The position numbers and the translations under genes were made by a program. 64,000 nt of DNA, from NCBI GenBank assembly GCA_050084515.1, contig CM114271.1, positions 25,172,001 to 25,236,000 of the forward strand, written 5' to 3'. Shown here piece after piece: positions 13,031-23,556 of the stretch. Each line of letters starts with the position of its first letter. Within the stretch, counting starts at the first letter, position 1. The DNA comes from Blasia pusilla. Its lineage: Eukaryota. Under the pieces are notes generated by a model. It searched no databases, was not told where the DNA came from, and was given only the letters and a program-made list of their open reading frames with translations.

Positions 13031-14569
13031 GAGTAGATCGATGGTAGCTTCGATTGTAGATCAAGTAGGGATCGGTTAGGGCTGATTGTGTACTCAGCCG
13101 TGGATGTTCGCGGCTTGTTGCCTATGTTGGAGGTGTGAATCAGGTGCGTGGTCGGTTGGGAAAGAAGCGCCTTGCCAAGCGCTTTCCAACGCGCTATAGA
13201 TCGCCGGATTTCGTCAAGGGAGTTGGAAGTTATCAAGCATTGAAGATTCTGGTTTGTGTTCGACAGTTTTCTGATGTGGAGAGCTTGGAGTGCGGAAGCT
13301 CTGTTGAAGTTCATCCAGATCGGGTGAGAGGTTCCTGTTGCTACTCGTATTGTGATCTCATTTGAATCTATCTGCTTGAGTGTGTGGAGCGTTGCGGATT
13401 TCTGCGTGCATGAAACTTGGCAGAAGCGCTGTCGGATTTGCGGTTCTAGAGGTGTATGGACAGCAAGTTTGTCTGATTTTTAGCTCGGAGTACGGAGCTC
13501 GGTTGTAGCTGAGTTTTTGTGGGGAGATAGCTATGATGGTCAATTGAATTCTGATAGAAACAGATTTGATTTTGGTCACGTATTTGTGAAGTAATTTCTG
13601 ATCGAAATTTCGCGGACTAGCTATGGTGGACAGCGGATCGGAGGGGTTGGTTGGTTGGTGACTCGTTCATTGTTGGAGACGCCTATCCCGTTGGGGGCGC
13701 CCAGGTTGGACCTCTCTCCATAGCGAAGCGTGGCGAAGCGTGGCGAATGGGGCATGTCTCGGCGTTTCGAGGCTTCGAGGCAACTCGTGGTAGCTCGGGG
13801 CGAGTGGGCGTGAGAGGCAGAGCAAGGAGCAAGGAGCAAGGAGCAAGCAAGCAAGCTTGCTTGGGCGTGAGGCAATTTTTGCAGGATTTGGGATTTGAGT
13901 TTTGCATAACTGGTCACCCATCTTTGGGCTATTCTACCTGGAGGACGCTTAACTGCTGAGTTCTTAACTATGCCGGTGTACAGACCGTTGTAGTTCATTT
14001 GGTGTTGTTGGGAGATGTGTTAGGCGCTTTATGCATCTCAGGTTTTTGGTTGATGAACCTCTAGCGCATAGTACGGTGTAGCCTCTCCATGCAGGTGATA
14101 TTTTCAGGTGCTGCGAGTTCGACTAGCACGTCATCGACCCGCGGCGGAGTAGCTATTGCGTTAGAATTGTGTGGTGGGTTTTGTGGATTCAGAGGGCACC
14201 ACATTTGGTGGATTGTGTTACCTTGATTTCCATTTGCGATTGGAGGGTTGTCGTTGGATTTCCTATGTTTGGATCCCCTCCATCGTGCTTCTTGCTTGCG
14301 CGCCCATTGTTAGGGTTGATGCTGATTTCGAGTAGTGTTACTCTTGTGTGCTACCGGTAGTGAGAGGTGGAGGGATGATGAGTAGACTATGGGAGACTTC
14401 TTGTGGTGATGACAAGTTAGGTTGCCTACACCCATAGCTAGTAGAGCTAGAATAGTATAGCGACATCGGCGTCACTTGGTAATTTGGTGGTGGTGCGGCA
14501 TCGGCGTTGGTCATCGAGTGTCGGGTGGTCGGTTGGGGACCGTGGTGCGGACGGTGGTGGTTTCACGGA

Positions 14570-16334
14570 GTGGATTTAGGTATCGGCTACCTTTTCCACT
14601 TCCGGCGGTTGATGAAGAGGAGGGCGAGGTGTTCCAAACACCGAGTCTTCTACGTTGTTATCGAGTGTTGCGGCTCCATTGATTTGGGACATGGGCCCGG
14701 TGGATATGGGGCCATGAAGGGCCCACGATGATACTCGGGTGCGATTGGGTACCATTGAGTTGGAGGACTTCATGCGGGAGTTTGATACGTGGTATGATAT
14801 GCGAGATGTTGGAACGCCATGCGTTGTTTACACCCTTCTTGGCTTGGAAGGGGTTGTTTCAAAGACTTGGAAGGACCACCCATGGATGATTACCATGAGT
14901 TTAGGAAAGACCATGTTCTTTGAGATTGAGGCGTGGAGACAATATTGGTCTCCAGGCTATGTGTCTATCACCCATGGTGGTATTGGTAATCTTGCTCCTA
15001 CTATGCCCGGCCCGGACCCGGCGTTGAGTGGTGCAGTGCGAGCCGGAGTGGGGGTACCAGTGGAGGTACTAGTGGAGGTACTAGTGCCCCACCATGGTTT
15101 AGCCCGGTTGCAGAGTTCTTCAAGAGGTTAAAGAAGAACTCTCAAGGAGTGAAGACGGAGAAGTTGAGGAATCTTCAGGACTTTGAGCGAAAGCTGGTGA
15201 GAGTCTTCGTGAGGCATACACGCGTATCGGCACGCTTGATTTCAATTACCGGGTGTGGCGAGGATCGAGGCAGTCCAGTTTTGGTATGGGATCTTGGGCA
15301 GAGATTTGCGCCGTAGGGTGCGTGATGCTACTCTTATGAGTGATGATTCACCCACATTGATCCATGTGTTTGCTCTATCGAGAAGATTGAGCTTAACATG
15401 GTGAAGGAGAGAGTGGTGACATCCGCATTGATGAGGGATACAACTACTACTTCTCGTGCTCAGCCGCCCACCTCACAGTCTCGTAGTAGTGGTGGTGGTA
15501 GTAGTAGTGGGAGTCGTGGGGGTACACGCGACCTCAGTCAAGTCCTAGAGGACATTTGTGCAGAGACCATTGCCTTCATTTGCTGCCCCTTGCGGCAAGG
15601 GCGATCATGTTGGACATGTGGAGGTGATCATGTTAGGAAGTTTTGTCCCCAAGAGGATGGGAGCGGACTTTGGAGGATGGGCCTCGATCGGCCCCAACTC
15701 GGTGTGATCATTGCGGGAGACTAGGTCATCCTCGAGAGCGTTGCTTTGATCTTCATCGAGTTGAGATCGGGCCGTGGCCGTGGTGGAGTAGCTCGAGAGG
15801 CCGAGGTGGTAGAGGTGGTAGGGGTGGTAGAGGTGGACCGGTGGTTGGAGAGCCTACGGTGGCTACCCCTACCACTACGACAGAGTCACTATGGCTGCCG
15901 AGATTGAGCAGATTGGAGCGAGAGTTGGCTACTATGGTGGTATCCAAAGATAGATCAGGTTTGGGAACAAGGGCTTCCACCTCTTATGGAGGGGATGATC
16001 TCTCTTATATGGCGAGTGCGGCCTGGTTGAGGCATCACCTGCGATTATGAGAGGAGCCACTCGGCGTCGAGCCACGTGGTGCTCTTTGTGGAGTTGGACC
16101 CACAGAGGGATGAGGCCGGGAGGCGGGCTAGGCTTCCCAGTCATTCTTGTTGTCCGAGGTGCTTAGGACTCCATCCATGGTTCCTACGCAGACCTATTCA
16201 AATTGTGGGGGATCGAGGCATCTACATCGGCGTGTAGTAGACACGGATGCAAAGCATCCAATGCAGATGTGCGGATGGCAACTTCAATGTTGGGATCCCC
16301 ATTATTTTCGACCCACGGAGCTGATGGCTTTAGG
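14570..16334 (+). pseudogene. gag: Gypsy gag (frameshifted) with two CCHC zinc knuckles
   Basis: Fragments IELEDFMREFDTWYD, KLRNLQDFERK..ESLREAYTR, knuckles CWTCGGDHVRKFC (~15608-15646) and CDHCGRLGHPRERC (~15703-15744), RGG tract. The start is approximate. Confidence 0.75.
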
Positions 16335-17757
16335 AGGTCTATGTACCACCTGGAAGTCATACTCCTGTAAGATAAGAGCCCACCGTGCAAGCTTCCCTGT
16401 AAGCTTGTCCGACTCCATCAACCACTTGAGCGGTGGTGATCAGTAACAAGGGTAAAGCGTGTGCCAAACAAGTAACACCTAAAGTGTGCCTGAGCCCACA
16501 CTCTTGCCAAGCACTCTCCCTCATATGAACTATAGCGACTCCGCTGCATTATTGAACGACTTGCATAGGCCACCACAAACTCCATGTGCTCATCATCATG
16601 TTGTGTCAACACCGCTCCAAGTCCCAACCTACTCCAATCGTGTGTAACTCAAATGGGCGCCCTCGATAGGTCTCCTCAAGATAGGCGCCGCCACCAACTG
16701 GGCCTTAAGCTCACAAAAGCTCTCTCTGATCATCTCCCAAAGTGCCACTCTTGATCTGATTTCAGCAATTGGTTCAAAGGCTTTGCCATAGCACTAAATC
16801 CCTTCACATACCTCCGATAGTAGTTCGCCAATCCCATGAATGCTTGAACTCTACTCACATCTACCGGACCTTGAGAATAAGTGCAATAGCCTCCACCTTT
16901 GCTTGCTGAACTCCCAAACCACCTGGATAGATCACATGACCCAAGTACTCAACATCCTCATGAAAGAACTTACACTTTCCGGATGCAACGTAGACCATGA
17001 GCTTTCAACCGCTCAAACACCATCTGCAAATGTATCGATGCTCCTCCACCGTGTTCTTTGAACACCAAGATATCATCAATGTAACACCGAACAAAATCCA
17101 ACCCCTGCTAGGATCTGTCCATCACTCTTTGAAATTGGCAGGTGCATTCTTCAACCCAAAGGGTAAGAATTTCCACGGTACAAACAATCCTTGCCATGAG
17201 AGTTGACACCCCAAAATCTTTGTCTTGGCCTTGTCACTCTCCCGAATCGGCAATTGATGGTATCCTGCCCGAAGATCCAAAGTAATGAAAATCTTTGCCT
17301 GTCCCACCATATCAAAGATCTCCTCAGGTGTAGGCATGGCATACCTATCGGCCTTGGTTTGCCGATTGATAGGACGGTAATCTCTACACATCCGCCTATC
17401 CGTGTAGTTGCCATGCATATCCTTTTTAGCAGGCATGACAGTGGCAAATGCATACTCTCCATGCCACAACTCCACTAATCCAGCCTCCAAAAGGTCCAAC
17501 GTCCTACTCTGAATGAGGTCCTTCTCCATATCACTATATCGGTAAGGACGACGGAAGATTGGCGTATCACTAGCCAAATCAATCCGTATACCGGGTCCAA
17601 CCAGAGAACCCAACTCCTTCATGTTAAAGGCAAAACAACTCCTATAAGCACGTAGGAACTGTGTCAAGCGTCGTTTCTCACCTCCCATAAGCTTGGGCCC
17701 AAGTAATGGCTCCCAAGTCTCCTCCACTGGCACACTAGAGGGAGAGGACGATGCCAT
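16335..17757 (-). pseudogene. pol: Gypsy reverse transcriptase + RNase H (inside the inverted block)
   Basis: PIFRRPYRYS, RMCRDYRPIN, LDLRAGYHQL, PFGLKNAPA, CYIDDILVF (~17063-17087); RNase H LGAVLTQ..VVAYASRS..YSSYEGECLA..FTLVTDH..KLARWALILQEYDFQVVHRP ending at ~16335. Frameshifted. Confidence 0.92.
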
Positions 17758-17989
17758 TGGTCGCTCATAACCCCCTCACAAGATGGTACACCCTTAGCTA
17801 CACCATCATCTCGAGCAAATAACTCCTCCACCAAAGATGAGCAACCAACTCCAAATGCCCACCATTACATCCCATTTACTCCAAGGATGCAAAATACTTC
17901 TCTCCTCGCCCCCAGCCGATGCCTCTACCGTCCCGGTAGCCATCGAGCTCATTACAAGGGGTGGAAGACCCACAGACATAGTCCGAAGT

Positions 17990-19006
17990 CGACGCTGCTC
18001 GGCCATACCAACACTCAAAATTCAAGTCAAACAATTCAGGTCCATGGCGTGACCCAACACATGACGTCGTGAAGCCTCGAAATAGAAGCAACCATTTGTC
18101 ACACCGAGAGCAAATCCCATCGCACGCTCTCTCTCATCGGCGTTAGGCTCCACCAAGCCGCACATGAGAATCCCATACAAGCCCCGGACCACCTTCTCTG
18201 TAGGCATGTGACGAGGGAAAACTCACAAATGTGGGTAGTGCCATCCTAGGCTGGCCCACACGGTTCACCACTGCCATGGGTGACCGATCAATAACCCTCA
18301 CCACTTGAGAAAGTCGCCCAATATCCAAGATACTATCCATTTGAGGCGAGGATCATTGCAGACTTTGCATCATATGCTCGACGTAGAACCTCCTAGGCAA
18401 CAAGTTTGTCCACCACAGCGTGGGCGATGTGCACGCGAGCCAACTCGCGCTGCATCCAACAACACCGTTGGTCCAATCCAAGACCGCACCTCATGAACAC
18501 TCGCCATCATCCGGGTCCGAGTGTCACCCAACAATGGAACATTCTCTAGAATGTAAGCTAGAGCACATGCCTGATGAACCTGAAGATGTCGTAACACACG
18601 TAACATCTCCCAAAACAATCGAGACCTAGGGTCATGTAATCCCTCACCACAACCAGCACGTGTATGACCCTGACATGGTCATCCAGCAATCACCAAATCC
18701 ACAGGACCAACCCTCTCAAGGTTCTGCGCCCCCAACAATGCAATGTGTGATGGTAAAGCAGGTTGGTACCCACGAATAGCTGATGGCGACAACAACTCAG
18801 GATATCTCCGCATCAACTGACCAATATGTCGGGATGAGACTCTCTGGGCCGTCTCATCTCGCTCCACATACACGTATCTCCAAGACAGGAATACCGGCCT
18901 GCAACACTGCAGCCAAACCAGTGCTTATCCCACCAAAGAGATCTAACACACAAATGCCCTCCGGCGGATACTGCCATACAATGGGTGTAGTATCCAAAGG
19001 GGACCT
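17990..19006 (-). pseudogene. DNMT3-like C5-cytosine DNA methyltransferase domain encoded within the retrotransposon polyprotein
   Basis: Ordered motifs: I VLDLFGGISTGL; II YVERD; IV GPVDLVIAG(*=W)PCQGH; VI YILENV; VIII AHRPR[fs]LWWTNL; IX EPNADERERAMGF; X RRHVLGHAMDLNCL. These parallel DNMT3A (VLSLFDGIATGL / GPFDLVIGGSPC / FENV / AHRARYFWGNL / EMERVFGFP / RQRLLGRSW). Several frameshifts and stops. Confidence 0.88.
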
Positions 19007-20500
19007 AGAGTTGCCAACCTTGATGCTGATGGGTTGAGTAGGAACCCATGTACTAGCCAAGAGGATACAACTGGGGCTAGATGGCATGGCGAGGTTGATG
19101 AGGAGATGGTCCCATGTTGGCATGCATCCGCCTTTTTATGTTGGTTAGGGGTGGACTCTAGTATGGAGGACCACATGATATCTTACTCTAGTCGAGGGTA
19201 GATGGCCGACCTTGAGATCCTAAGGTTGGAGATGGTGGCGGATCAGCGTGATATTCATGATGATGCGTTGGTGTTGGAGTTCCTACGGACCAGTAGGGTG
19301 CCGGGCATAGTGAGTGCCAAGGAGCGAGACCGTGTTCTTCAACGTGCTAAGAGGTATCGATTGGAGGGAACACATATTCTCCGCATGTGGGAGGATGGTA
19401 GAGTACAGTAGTGCCACATTTGGCTCGAGAGAGCGCATTGTGCGACATGCCCATGAGGAGTTGGGACATTTTGGGGTAAAGCGTCGTATAGCTTACTCCT
19501 TGGCGATATTGGTGGCGTGGCATGCATACTCAGGTGTTGATTGGTGTCACGTTGTATGGTTTGTGACCGGGTGAGGGCATCATTTAATGCCCCTACACCA
19601 CAATTACACCCTTGCCTATTATGGGGTTGGGTTACCGTTGGAGTGTGGACTTTGCGGGACCGTTACCGTTGGATGCGACATCATCGATATGTGTTGGTGA
19701 TGGTGGAGCACTTCTCCGTGGATTGAGTTGGTGGCATTACCGGACAAGGCAAGTGAGGGAATGGCGTATGCGTTTCTGGATAGAGTGCTTAGTCATTTTG
19801 GTGCACCAACTGAAGTGCTAACCGACCAGTCTGAGTTTGTGGTGAGTTTCAGGTCTTGTGTGACAAGGCGTTGATTGATCATCGGACCACGTCTCGAGAT
19901 CATCCAGGCGGATGGTTTGGCTGGCGTGTGGTTGGGGCGGTGAAGAGGGCATTGCGCAAGTATGGCCTCTGAAGGGGCATCTTGGAGATAGGATATTCGG
20001 TTGCCATGGTTAGCCATGGGGTATAGGTTCGATCGCCAAGCATCCTTGGCTTCCTTCTCACCTTATTTTTACATTATACGGCCGAGATCCGGACTTGCGC
20101 AGCAATTGTCGGGAGTCTAGTGAGGTGGTGAACCTTGATGACCCGAGAGATGTGGATGAGGGTGTGTTCTCGGGCGGAGCTCTTTCGGAGAGTTATGCCA
20201 TGACCTTTGAGAATCTTGCCATTGCTCAACACAGGGATACGTTGCGCTATGCAACCATTGGGTGGAGGTTATCGACCATCGATTCGTAGGTTCCATGTGG
20301 GAGACTATGTCTATTTGTAGCAGATTGCCCGACAACGTTGGATGTGACGGCAGCCACACTATTTTACGAGTGCGGAAGGTGTTAGCCTCGGAGTTCTCAT
20401 GTTGGAGGGTCGTGATGGAGTTGTTTGGAAGGACCATGTGCGTAATTGTGCGCCATGTCATCTTCCAAATGTGGATGGTATCTTGTTGACCCAAGCTTAG
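19007..20500 (+). pseudogene. End of RNase H (VANLDADGLSRNP) + Gypsy DDE integrase
   Basis: HHCC (HAHEELGH...CMVC), RWSVDFAGPLP, YVLVMVEHFS, FGAPTEVLTDQ, DHP.ADGLA, LPWLAMGYRF, SPYF..YGRDP. Frameshifted. Confidence 0.9.
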
Positions 20501-20523
20501 CCATGATACGTGCTAGCTTGTGG

Positions 20524-20655
20524 TGCATGTTGTGTGGGTCTGCGGGTAAACCGTATGTTGGTGTGTGATCGGTGTTCTAGGGGTTGGCACATGATGTGTT
20601 TGACTCCACGTTTGGATGTTGTTAAATCTTTGGAAGGTGGGTTTGTCCTCGATGT
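20524..20655 (+). pseudogene. PHD finger at the integrase C-terminus
   Basis: CMLC....[fs]MLVCDRCSRGWHMMCLTPRL....WVCPRC, a C4-H-C3 PHD pattern with the typical W-x-C-x-x-C end. Confidence 0.8.
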
Positions 20656-20836
20656 ACTTGGAGAGGTAGATGACTTGATCTTTGCATGATATGGATTACA
20701 GATGTGCGACTAATGATGGGGCAACCTAGCACCCGGCCTTACGATTCGGGCACCCAAGAAGGTGTATAGCATGTAGTAGATGTATAGGGCTACCTGGGAG
20801 TTAGAGGACCTAAACCGCCTTGATTAGGGGGCGAGT

Positions 20837-21311
20837 TGTGGTACACTTGTGTTTGTGGATATACTCGTCTATGTTATGTATGTATGTGAATATGGTATGT
20901 CGATGTATGTTGTATGACGATGTGGATTTCACGACTACGACAAGCTATCATGACCATACGGATTATGTCGTAGAGTATGGTGTGCTAGTAGAGGCCATTC
21001 CTTATGTAGGACCGTAGTGGCTTGGTAGAGATGCGGTTCCATACATAGGGTTGGGGTTACTCACTTGGGGTGACTTTCCCAATAGGGCCCGCTCTTAGGT
21101 TGGAGGATATAAGGTGGCTTGCCCTCAAAGAACGATCGATTCTTTGAGTTGAGCCTGTTGCGTTGGGAGTTAGCCTTGGTAGTGAGTAGAGCTCTTGGCT
21201 ATGGTGTTTCCCGCAAGCTTCGACCTAGATTCTCCCATCGTGGAGTGGGTTTGGCTCGATTGTATGTGATTGTAAACATGTTTTATGACAGTAGGTCTTT
21301 CACGGATTTCA
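20837..21311 (+). repeat. Complete 3' LTR (TG...CA, 475 bp; segment A 20837-20944 + segment B 20945-21311)
   Basis: Starts TGTGGTACAC right after the PPT and ends GGATTTCA, as does the 5' copy. Confidence 0.88.
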
Positions 21312-21313
21312 GT

Positions 21314-21427
21314 TGTGGTACACTTGCGTTTGTGGATACTCTCGTCTATGTTATGTACGTATGTGAGTATGGTATGTCAGCGATGTATGTTGTATGACGA
21401 TGTGGATTCGCACGACAACACGCCAAG
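21314..21427 (+). repeat. Extra copy of LTR segment A abutting the 3' LTR
   Basis: TGTGGTACACTTGCGTTTGTGG...GATGTGGATT...ACGCCAAG repeats 20837-20944; the junction reads CA-GT-TG. Confidence 0.88.
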
Positions 21428-22699
21428 GGGAATTCCTTCATGAAATGATTTGAAGTGATGACAATATATAGAATTGTCTCAATCATTATACACACCTCAT
21501 AGTGACAAGTCTAGATCACCAACAATATGATATATGCACCTTTGGAAGAGGAGATATAGTTAGAGAAGATAGAGATTTTGGACGCAAACTTAAAGAAGAT
21601 TAATACTTGTAGTTCAGTCTCTAAAAGCTCGCAAGAGGCTCATAAACGACTCACAATGTTTTCGCACCTTTGCAAGTGTGAGAAGAGGAGATTTCCAAAC
21701 TAGATCAAGGACTTTCAAATTGAGGAGGAAGTGAGTGGAGCTCTAGCTTATTGGTAGAACGTATATTTGGAAGAGAAGAGGAAAAAAGTAAAACAAGGCA
21801 TGGAATGAGGTATCTTTAGTAAGGTATGTTCTCGATAACAATTTTTCTACACCTTAGAATTCCTCATTATTCTCTTCTATGTGAGCCCGTGGACAAAGAA
21901 CTTGAAGGAGTGGTTACCCAAAAAATGAGAATTATGGTAGCCACATTTGATGTTGAGTTTATTCTTTTTAATATAATGGTGTAATCTTACTTTGATGTAA
22001 TGCATAGTAGAGAGATAGTTTGGAGAGAATGAGATTCCATTTTAGGGGATAACTCAATAATTCGGATTTTTGTTAATGTATGGATAGGAGGTTGTAGCGG
22101 CAAAGAAGGTCTAAGGAATTAGAAGGGTAGAGCGTGAAACTAAACACTTTTTATTCAAGAAAAAAATCAGTAACTTTTCACTTGGACTTATGTTGGTTGT
22201 ATTTTTCACATAAACTCCTCTTTTCATGGAAAGAATATATTATTGAAAATAGGATCCTACCACCAAAGAATAGTCAAGTCCTTACATCACATGTAATTAT
22301 TTTCCCTACCTTTTTTTGTTTCTTATAATGTAGAAAGAGGATGAGTGCCGGAGAGCTAGGCCAAGTCTAAATGATGTTGGGAGAATTATCGCCCACAATG
22401 GAAAGCTCTAGCGTAGAGAGAAGGAAGCAACTAGAATTCTTGGACTTAAGTGCTTAAGATATCCATGTAATGAATGTAAGAGAATTAAATTGAGAGTTGT
22501 CGTGTGCATACGCATCGCTACACAATACTTCGTTGTCATTATTCAACACACACAAATACTAGCCTAACTCAATCACCCCCATAATATATCACGGAGACCA
22601 AAATATCTCCACTAAAATAGACGAAAAATCTTACACAATACACAAAAAGCTCCATGGCTCTCAGAGTGGCTCTCATAAAATGGCTCTTATGCACACTCT

Positions 22700-23068
22700 C
22701 TCTTTCTCTTTTGTCAAACCAAACCCACTCTCATGGTGAGAGGATGGGATTGCTCATAAGGCAAGGAGTACCATAGCTCTGACGCTCATGCTCAAGAGGT
22801 GCAACAAATGAGCTCACTCTCCTTGAGATATACCCTCTCTCCCCAAGTCCTCCCTTTGGTCCTCCTCAAAGTCTTTCCCAAAATCCTCCCTTGGTCTTCT
22901 TCCAACTCTTTCTCAAAGTCCTCCCCTTGATGACTTGCCCACCAAAGTCACCAATTGACCCTAAACATACAATAGTGGGTCAAGAACCACCTTCCACAAA
23001 TATAAAGTCAAAGTTTACATAATTGGGAAACTTACTCGGAATATTAAGTTCCTCATATGACCCCAAAA
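22700..23068. repeat. Dispersed repeat (LTR-like TE fragment), related to 1000-1320
   Basis: Colinear similarity to 1000-1320; also holds short internal CCTCCC-TTG repeats. Confidence 0.6.
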
Positions 23069-23429
23069 AGGTAATAACTGAGTTGGGTTTGAACTACATA
23101 CAAATCCATTTTTCCCCTAATGGTTGCATATGAAGATTTCAATACATGCTCAAAGTATAATTCTCCTAACCATAGTCTTGAGTTATACTAACTAAGTGGT
23201 GTCTGCGACTAGCTAACTAGTACTTGTTTATGAAAATGTTCCATAACCATTAGAAATTGGTTATGGAAAACCATTAGAAATGGTTATGGAAAACCATTAG
23301 TAATGGTTATGGACACTTCTGTAGGACAGCTTAGAACCAACCTAATAGAGCGTCTCAAATAACAAGTCGCAAGTCTGGTGACCTCTAAAAGAAGAACAGA
23401 GTCTCACTACCTCAAAGGGCCGGTTGGGG

Positions 23430-23537
23430 GATGCTCCCTTTTTCTTTTTCCGGGCGTGTTGTGGCCTTCACGTACCCGACTCTTTGAATCCCCCTCTTTT
23501 TCAAATCCCTATGGTTTTCCATCACCCGCTTTTGAAG
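23430..23537 (+). repeat. Diverged copy of the CRE-like element 3' end
   Basis: GTGTTGTGGCCTTCA...GACTCTTTGA.TCCCC..TTTT...GGTTTTCCATCAC matches 39510-39626. Confidence 0.6.
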
Positions 23538-23556
23538 GAGGTTTTCTTCCCTAAAG

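Larger units (their letters stand above)
12651..21427 (+). mobile_element. Ty3/Gypsy LTR retrotransposon carrying a C5 DNA methyltransferase and a PHD finger; internal inversion; permuted LTRs
   Basis: Direct repeats 12651-13018 / 20945-21311; gag with CCHC knuckles; RT (YIDD), RNase H, HHCC+DDE integrase downstream of RT/RH (Gypsy order after undoing the inversion); purine-rich PPT TTAGGGGGCGAG just before the 3' LTR. Confidence 0.92.

Noticed and set aside
18022-18340. Initially considered as the retroviral protease because it precedes RT
   Set aside because: It has no D[ST]G motif. It instead carries DNMT motifs IX and X (ERERAMGF; RRHVLGHAMDL).
19007-19176. N-terminal parts of minus-strand ORFs 18854-19123 and 18943-19176 as a DNMT N-terminus
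   Set aside because: They lie beyond the inversion breakpoint. The real coding strand there is + (VANLDADGLSRNP...).
12651-21427. DIRS/Ngaro-type tyrosine-recombinase element, suggested by the split-repeat layout
   Set aside because: It encodes an HHCC/DDE integrase and has TG...CA LTR ends and a PPT. No tyrosine-recombinase motifs were seen.
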